Assembly (NCBI GenBank): GCA_009692265.1
Contig: SHZM01000009.1
Location: 1-64,000, forward strand
From: Gammaproteobacteria bacterium
Lineage (GTDB): Bacteria; Pseudomonadota; Gammaproteobacteria; Ga0077536
Direction of reading: 5' to 3'
DNA: 64,000 nt
Shown here: positions 60,701 to 64,000 of the stretch, piece after piece
How positions within the stretch are numbered: the first letter of the stretch is position 1
Layout: each line of letters opens with the position of its first letter
The notes under the pieces: generated by a model
What the model saw: only the letters and a program-made list of their open reading frames with translations
Databases searched by the model: none
Told to the model about the DNA's origin: nothing
Translations under genes and position numbers: made by a program

Positions 60701-61039
60701 CTACTCCCCGTGACAGCCGGCGCAGCGTCGCGTAGGGCCGCTTTTCAAACCGCGTGTCGCGATTTCGGTATGACAGTCACGACAAAATGTGTGGAAGTCA
60801 TGTTCGATCGTCAGCGCGAGCTCCGGTCGGATCTTGTGACAGAAGTAGCATGAATCCCGCCCCGTATCATCGAAGAAATTATGATGGCAGGTCGCGCATT
60901 TCACCGCGCCGTGGTCCTGGTGATCGAACACGATTTGCAGCAGCGGGCGGGTCACCACTAAATTCTGCCGCCAGAAATAGAGGCCGCACAGAGTCGCGCC
61001 GATTACTGCCACGGTTACAAGCAAGGATCGACGGCGCAT
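60701..61039 (-). CDS. small membrane-anchored tetraheme cytochrome c
   Basis: Four CxxCH motifs (CATCH, CYFCH, CRDCH, CAGCH) in 112 aa, with an N-terminal transmembrane helix. Confidence 0.7.
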   Translation of the reverse strand: MRRRSLLVTVAVIGATLCGLYFWRQNLVVTRPLLQIVFDHQDHGAVKCATCHHNFFDDTGRDSCYFCHKIRPELALTIEHDFHTFCRDCHTEIATRGLKSGPTRRCAGCHGE

Positions 61040-61806
61040 AGCGCGCGTTCCTCCAACGGTGACTGTGCGCTACCCAACCACGCGCTCCATAGCGCACTTG
61101 CAAGCCAGATCAGGCTAACCGCGCAGACCAGACGTCGTGCGCGCCAGGGCGGAAACGTGATTGGCGCGATCCGATGATGAGGTCGTGTTGGCCAGTGGCG
61201 AAGCAGCAAGGTCAACATGCTCGGCACGCCCAACAACCAGACCAATCCTATTGTTTGGCTCGGTACCGTGAAGTAGTACCCGGCACCGATGAGATGCCAC
61301 CCGAGTAAACCAAGCGCGGCAAGCGAGAGGAGAACATGCCAGCGGCGCCAGCCACGATAACTAAACCGTAACCACTCGCGGTACCGCGAGCTGAGGACCA
61401 AGGTTATAACCAGCACCGCCGCCACGAGGCCGGCGAGCATTTCATCTTCTGCGCCCAGCTTCAGATACTCCACTACCCGTCCTTCGAGCACGAGCAAAAT
61501 TCCTGCGTGAATTAGCACGAGCGCAAGGGCGATATAGGCAAGTTCGCGATGCGCGGTTTGGACCAAGCGCAAAAAGCCCGTGGTCGGCTGCTGCGCGGCC
61601 CACCACCGCGCGCTGATCAGGGGTAACAGCGCGAGACCGCCCGCGGCAGTCGCGCCGATTGCCATCGCGAAGTCCCACCAGAAATCAACTGCACGGGGCG
61701 GATACACCAGCACCACGGCGATCGGAGCAACCGTATACAGCAGCACCGCCGCGAACCAGCGCTGTTCGAACCCGGAATACGTTGAAGTGGATGCGTGGTG
61801 GCGCAT
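61015..61806 (-). CDS. polytopic His-rich membrane protein (probable b-type haem / ferric-reductase-like or DUF4405-like electron-transfer subunit)
   Basis: About 6 transmembrane helices with conserved His in helices (HAGILLV, WHVLLSL, WHLIGAGYY). It overlaps the cytochrome c gene by 25 nt, indicating an operon. Confidence 0.4.
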   Translation of the reverse strand: MRHHASTSTYSGFEQRWFAAVLLYTVAPIAVVLVYPPRAVDFWWDFAMAIGATAAGGLALLPLISARWWAAQQPTTGFLRLVQTAHRELAYIALALVLIHAGILLVLEGRVVEYLKLGAEDEMLAGLVAAVLVITLVLSSRYREWLRFSYRGWRRWHVLLSLAALGLLGWHLIGAGYYFTVPSQTIGLVWLLGVPSMLTLLLRHWPTRPHHRIAPITFPPWRARRLVCAVSLIWLASALWSAWLGSAQSPLEERALCAVDPCL

Positions 61807-61950
61807 GGCGTGGCCGCAGTGACGAATATCGCAAGTCTAATCTGAACCTTCGGCGAGATGTGCCTGATTAATACCCACAAGGGTGCCCGAGTTTGAGATC
61901 TTGAGTCATACTGGAGCCCGACTAATCACGAACCCCAGCCGGAGGATGCC

Positions 61951-62028
61951 ATGAGTCAAACGCAGGATCTCAACCGCCAGGCCGAACATTGGCGGCTCCT
62001 GGCGAATGGCATTTGGTCACGCTAGCAT
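61951..62028 (+). CDS. possible 25-aa leader/small ORF (MSQTQDLNRQAEHWRLLANGIWSR)
   Basis: Strong GGAGG ribosome-binding site 6 nt upstream of the ATG. Its stop lies 6 nt before the next gene's ATG. Confidence 0.25.
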
Positions 62029-62034
62029 TCGTGA

Positions 62035-62586
62035 ATGCGCGATAAGACAACGCGAAAATCGATAGAGCAACTGATGCAACTGCTAGGGCAGCGTGCGCGT
62101 GGCGCGGGCACGGTCTACTTTGCCGGTGGCGCGAGTGCGGTTTTGATGGGTTGGCGAGACATGACAATGGACGTCGATCTGAAATTAGCGCCAGAACCTC
62201 CAGGTGTTTTCGAAGCTATTCGTGATGCGAAAGAGGAGTTAGGGATCAACATCGAGCTCGCGGCCCCAGATGATTTTATTCCCGCAATACCAGGCTGGGC
62301 GGAGCGCAGCAACTTTATTCTTCAGGTCGGTTCGGTCGCGTTTCGCCATTACGATTTCTATGGGCAGGCGCTGTCGAAAATTGAGCGCGGACACCGCCAG
62401 GATTTAAAAGACGTCGATGAGATGGTCGCGCACAGCCTGGTTGCGCCGGAAAAATTATCGAGCTACTTCAACGCCATCGTGAGCCAGTTGATACGGTACC
62501 CAGCGCTCGATCCAGATGCATTTTGCACCAAACTTGAAACCGCATTACGCAGATTTGGAATTGGACCGCGACCGGATGCAACTTGA
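62035..62586 (+). CDS. nucleotidyltransferase-fold protein (minimal-NTase / AbiEii-like, DUF6036-like)
   Basis: FAGGASAVLMGWRDMTMDVDL fits the GG...(S/T)xDxD nucleotidyltransferase motif (Gly-rich loop then an aspartate pair); 183 aa. Confidence 0.45.
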   Translation: MRDKTTRKSIEQLMQLLGQRARGAGTVYFAGGASAVLMGWRDMTMDVDLKLAPEPPGVFEAIRDAKEELGINIELAAPDDFIPAIPGWAERSNFILQVGSVAFRHYDFYGQALSKIERGHRQDLKDVDEMVAHSLVAPEKLSSYFNAIVSQLIRYPALDPDAFCTKLETALRRFGIGPRPDAT

Positions 62587-62902
62587 CGACGATCTACCAG
62601 GTGCCGATCTAATCGCACAGGGCCTTGCCGATTTGCGTCTGCATCGCTACTCACGCCAGGCGCTGTTGGTCGCGATTGGGGCACCGCGCCTGCGCGAACT
62701 CAATCTAGTGATTCCTTCAGACGAGGATCTCCCTGATCAGCCAGAACATCGACTCTACGAATTACTTGCGGAATTCAGCGCGCCCACGGCGCATGCGGAT
62801 TACAACGCCTTGATTCGAAGACTCGTCAGCTACGAACATGCGCGCGAGCTGACGATTTCGCGCGCGAATCCTCGCATTTCCAGTAACACCAGTTCACAGT
62901 GA
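62576..62902 (+). CDS. hypothetical protein, possible HEPN-like partner (Rx5H near C-terminus)
   Basis: Overlaps the upstream gene by 11 nt. RRLVSYEH near the C-terminus fits the Rx4-6H motif. Confidence 0.3.
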   Translation: MQLDDDLPGADLIAQGLADLRLHRYSRQALLVAIGAPRLRELNLVIPSDEDLPDQPEHRLYELLAEFSAPTAHADYNALIRRLVSYEHARELTISRANPRISSNTSSQ

Positions 62903-63063
62903 ACATGGGACGGAGACTGAGGCATCCCCACGAAAACCGGAAGACAGTGTTAGCTTCAACTACAAGGACACGAAGGCAGTCGATAAATCTGGTACCGATT
63001 CGCCCCCGTTGAGGACGGCGGTGGCAGCCAGCATAGTGCCCCCAACACCGGAGGCTATCGCCG

Positions 63064-63585
63064 ATGATGACACTACGCTTTGGCCTCAAAACAGACATGC
63101 GCGATGGGAAAAGTGACGGTACGTATTGGGTCGAAAGTACCGGCGACACGGTGTTCGAGACAGCTGGGGCCGGTTTCGATTCGACACGTTCGGCGATCAG
63201 TTTGCGCTTGCCGAGCCACGTAGAAGTGCTGATTCTCGAAGGCAAGCTGGTACTGAACGGTACGGGCAACAGTGGCAATAACACGCTGACGGGTAACGCC
63301 GGCGTGAATAAGCTGATCAGCGCTGCCGGCGACGACGTCCTCAATGGTGATCGGGGATCCGATCGCCTGGAGGGTGGACGCGGCGACGATACCTTAATCG
63401 TCGACACATCGCGCGATGTCGTGGTCGAGCGCGCCAATGAAGGGACCGATACCGTTCGTAGCACCTTCAGTTATCGGCTCACTTCGAACCTCGAGAATCT
63501 TGAATTGCGCGGCACGAAGAATCTCACGGGAACCGGCAACGGCTTGGAGAACGTCGTGACGGGAAATGGTGGCCGCGGTAGATAA
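63064..63585 (+). CDS. RTX / haemolysin-type calcium-binding repeat protein fragment
   Basis: Repeats NGTGNSGNNTLTGNAGVNKLI and GDRGSDRLEGGRGDDTLIV (GGxGxD nonapeptides); only 173 aa, with no obvious upstream or downstream continuation. Confidence 0.5.
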   Translation: MMTLRFGLKTDMRDGKSDGTYWVESTGDTVFETAGAGFDSTRSAISLRLPSHVEVLILEGKLVLNGTGNSGNNTLTGNAGVNKLISAAGDDVLNGDRGSDRLEGGRGDDTLIVDTSRDVVVERANEGTDTVRSTFSYRLTSNLENLELRGTKNLTGTGNGLENVVTGNGGRGR

Positions 63586-64000
63586 CGGTTTCGGTCCGGT
63601 CGTGTACGCGATGGGGACGGTGTCGTCCACCGGTTCGGCGGAGGGCATTCTAGAGACGCACAACGGCGACGATTGGCGGGCCCGTGATCTCAAGCAGTTA
63701 CATTTATTGGGTAGAGCTCGAGTTCTCAGGGGGCTTCTACCAAGCCCTCGCGCTGCGGATAGTATACAAAGCCACCTGCTGACGGGTGGTGAACGCGAAC
63801 CATCTGCGGGGTTTGCACTAATTGGAATACGGTGCCAGGTTGAATTGCTCCGACGAGGTGGCAGTAGATGAACCAGGCACCGGCTTTGGTATCAGCCCTG
63901 GCGCGGCCTGCCGTGCATTGAAATGAGCTTTCGACTTACCGGTCGCGGTGCGACGAGGTTGACGCGAGGCGCGGTGGTGCTACTGGGGTCAGTGCGCTGG

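Noticed and set aside
1-64000. CRISPR arrays, rRNA genes, intact IS/transposase or integrase genes
   Set aside because: No short regularly spaced repeats, no rRNA-like conserved blocks and no DDE or tyrosine-recombinase ORFs were seen. The only mobile-element-like signal is the two-copy non-coding MITE-like repeat.

Overview
High-GC (about 65%) chromosomal window, probably from a proteobacterium, dominated by transport, metal resistance and oxidative catabolism genes. The clearest feature is a complete selenocysteine-incorporation locus at the left end: a 97-nt tRNA-Sec (UCA anticodon) lies directly downstream of selB and selA, and a divergently transcribed AhpD/carboxymuconolactone-decarboxylase-family gene carries an in-frame UGA exactly at the second active-site Cys of the E-X11-C-X-(H/Y)-C-X3-H core motif. 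The supplied ORF track splits this selenoprotein gene into two ORFs, and a SECIS-like hairpin with a GGUCU apical loop sits 15 nt after the UGA. Also present are a CusCBA-type Cu/Ag efflux operon, an ArsM-like arsenite methyltransferase, a DEAD-box helicase, two RND pumps and several MFS and ABC transporters. A large oxidative catabolic cluster (about 48.5-60.7 kb) contains an orphan AceE-like E1 flanked by two family-III CoA-transferases, a luciferase-like (LLM) flavin monooxygenase, cupin, NTF2-like proteins, a crotonase, a nitroreductase and an FAD monooxygenase. Other calls include a Baeyer-Villiger monooxygenase, a PcpB/PcpF-like hydroxylase plus glutathionyl-hydroquinone reductase pair, and an aminoglycoside-phosphotransferase-like kinase next to an acyl-CoA dehydrogenase. 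A previously unannotated MITE-like element of about 165 bp occurs twice in inverted orientation, each copy with terminal inverted repeats and flanking direct repeats; one copy sits in the 5' region of an RND adaptor gene. Further points of interest are a truncated amidase fragment overlapping an RCK-domain membrane protein gene, a tetraheme cytochrome c plus His-rich membrane protein module, a candidate nucleotidyltransferase/HEPN-like toxin-antitoxin cassette, a PEP-CTERM protein and a broken RTX-repeat gene. No CRISPR arrays, rRNA genes or intact transposases were seen. Many ORFs in the six-frame track are antisense artefacts of high-GC coding DNA and were not called.
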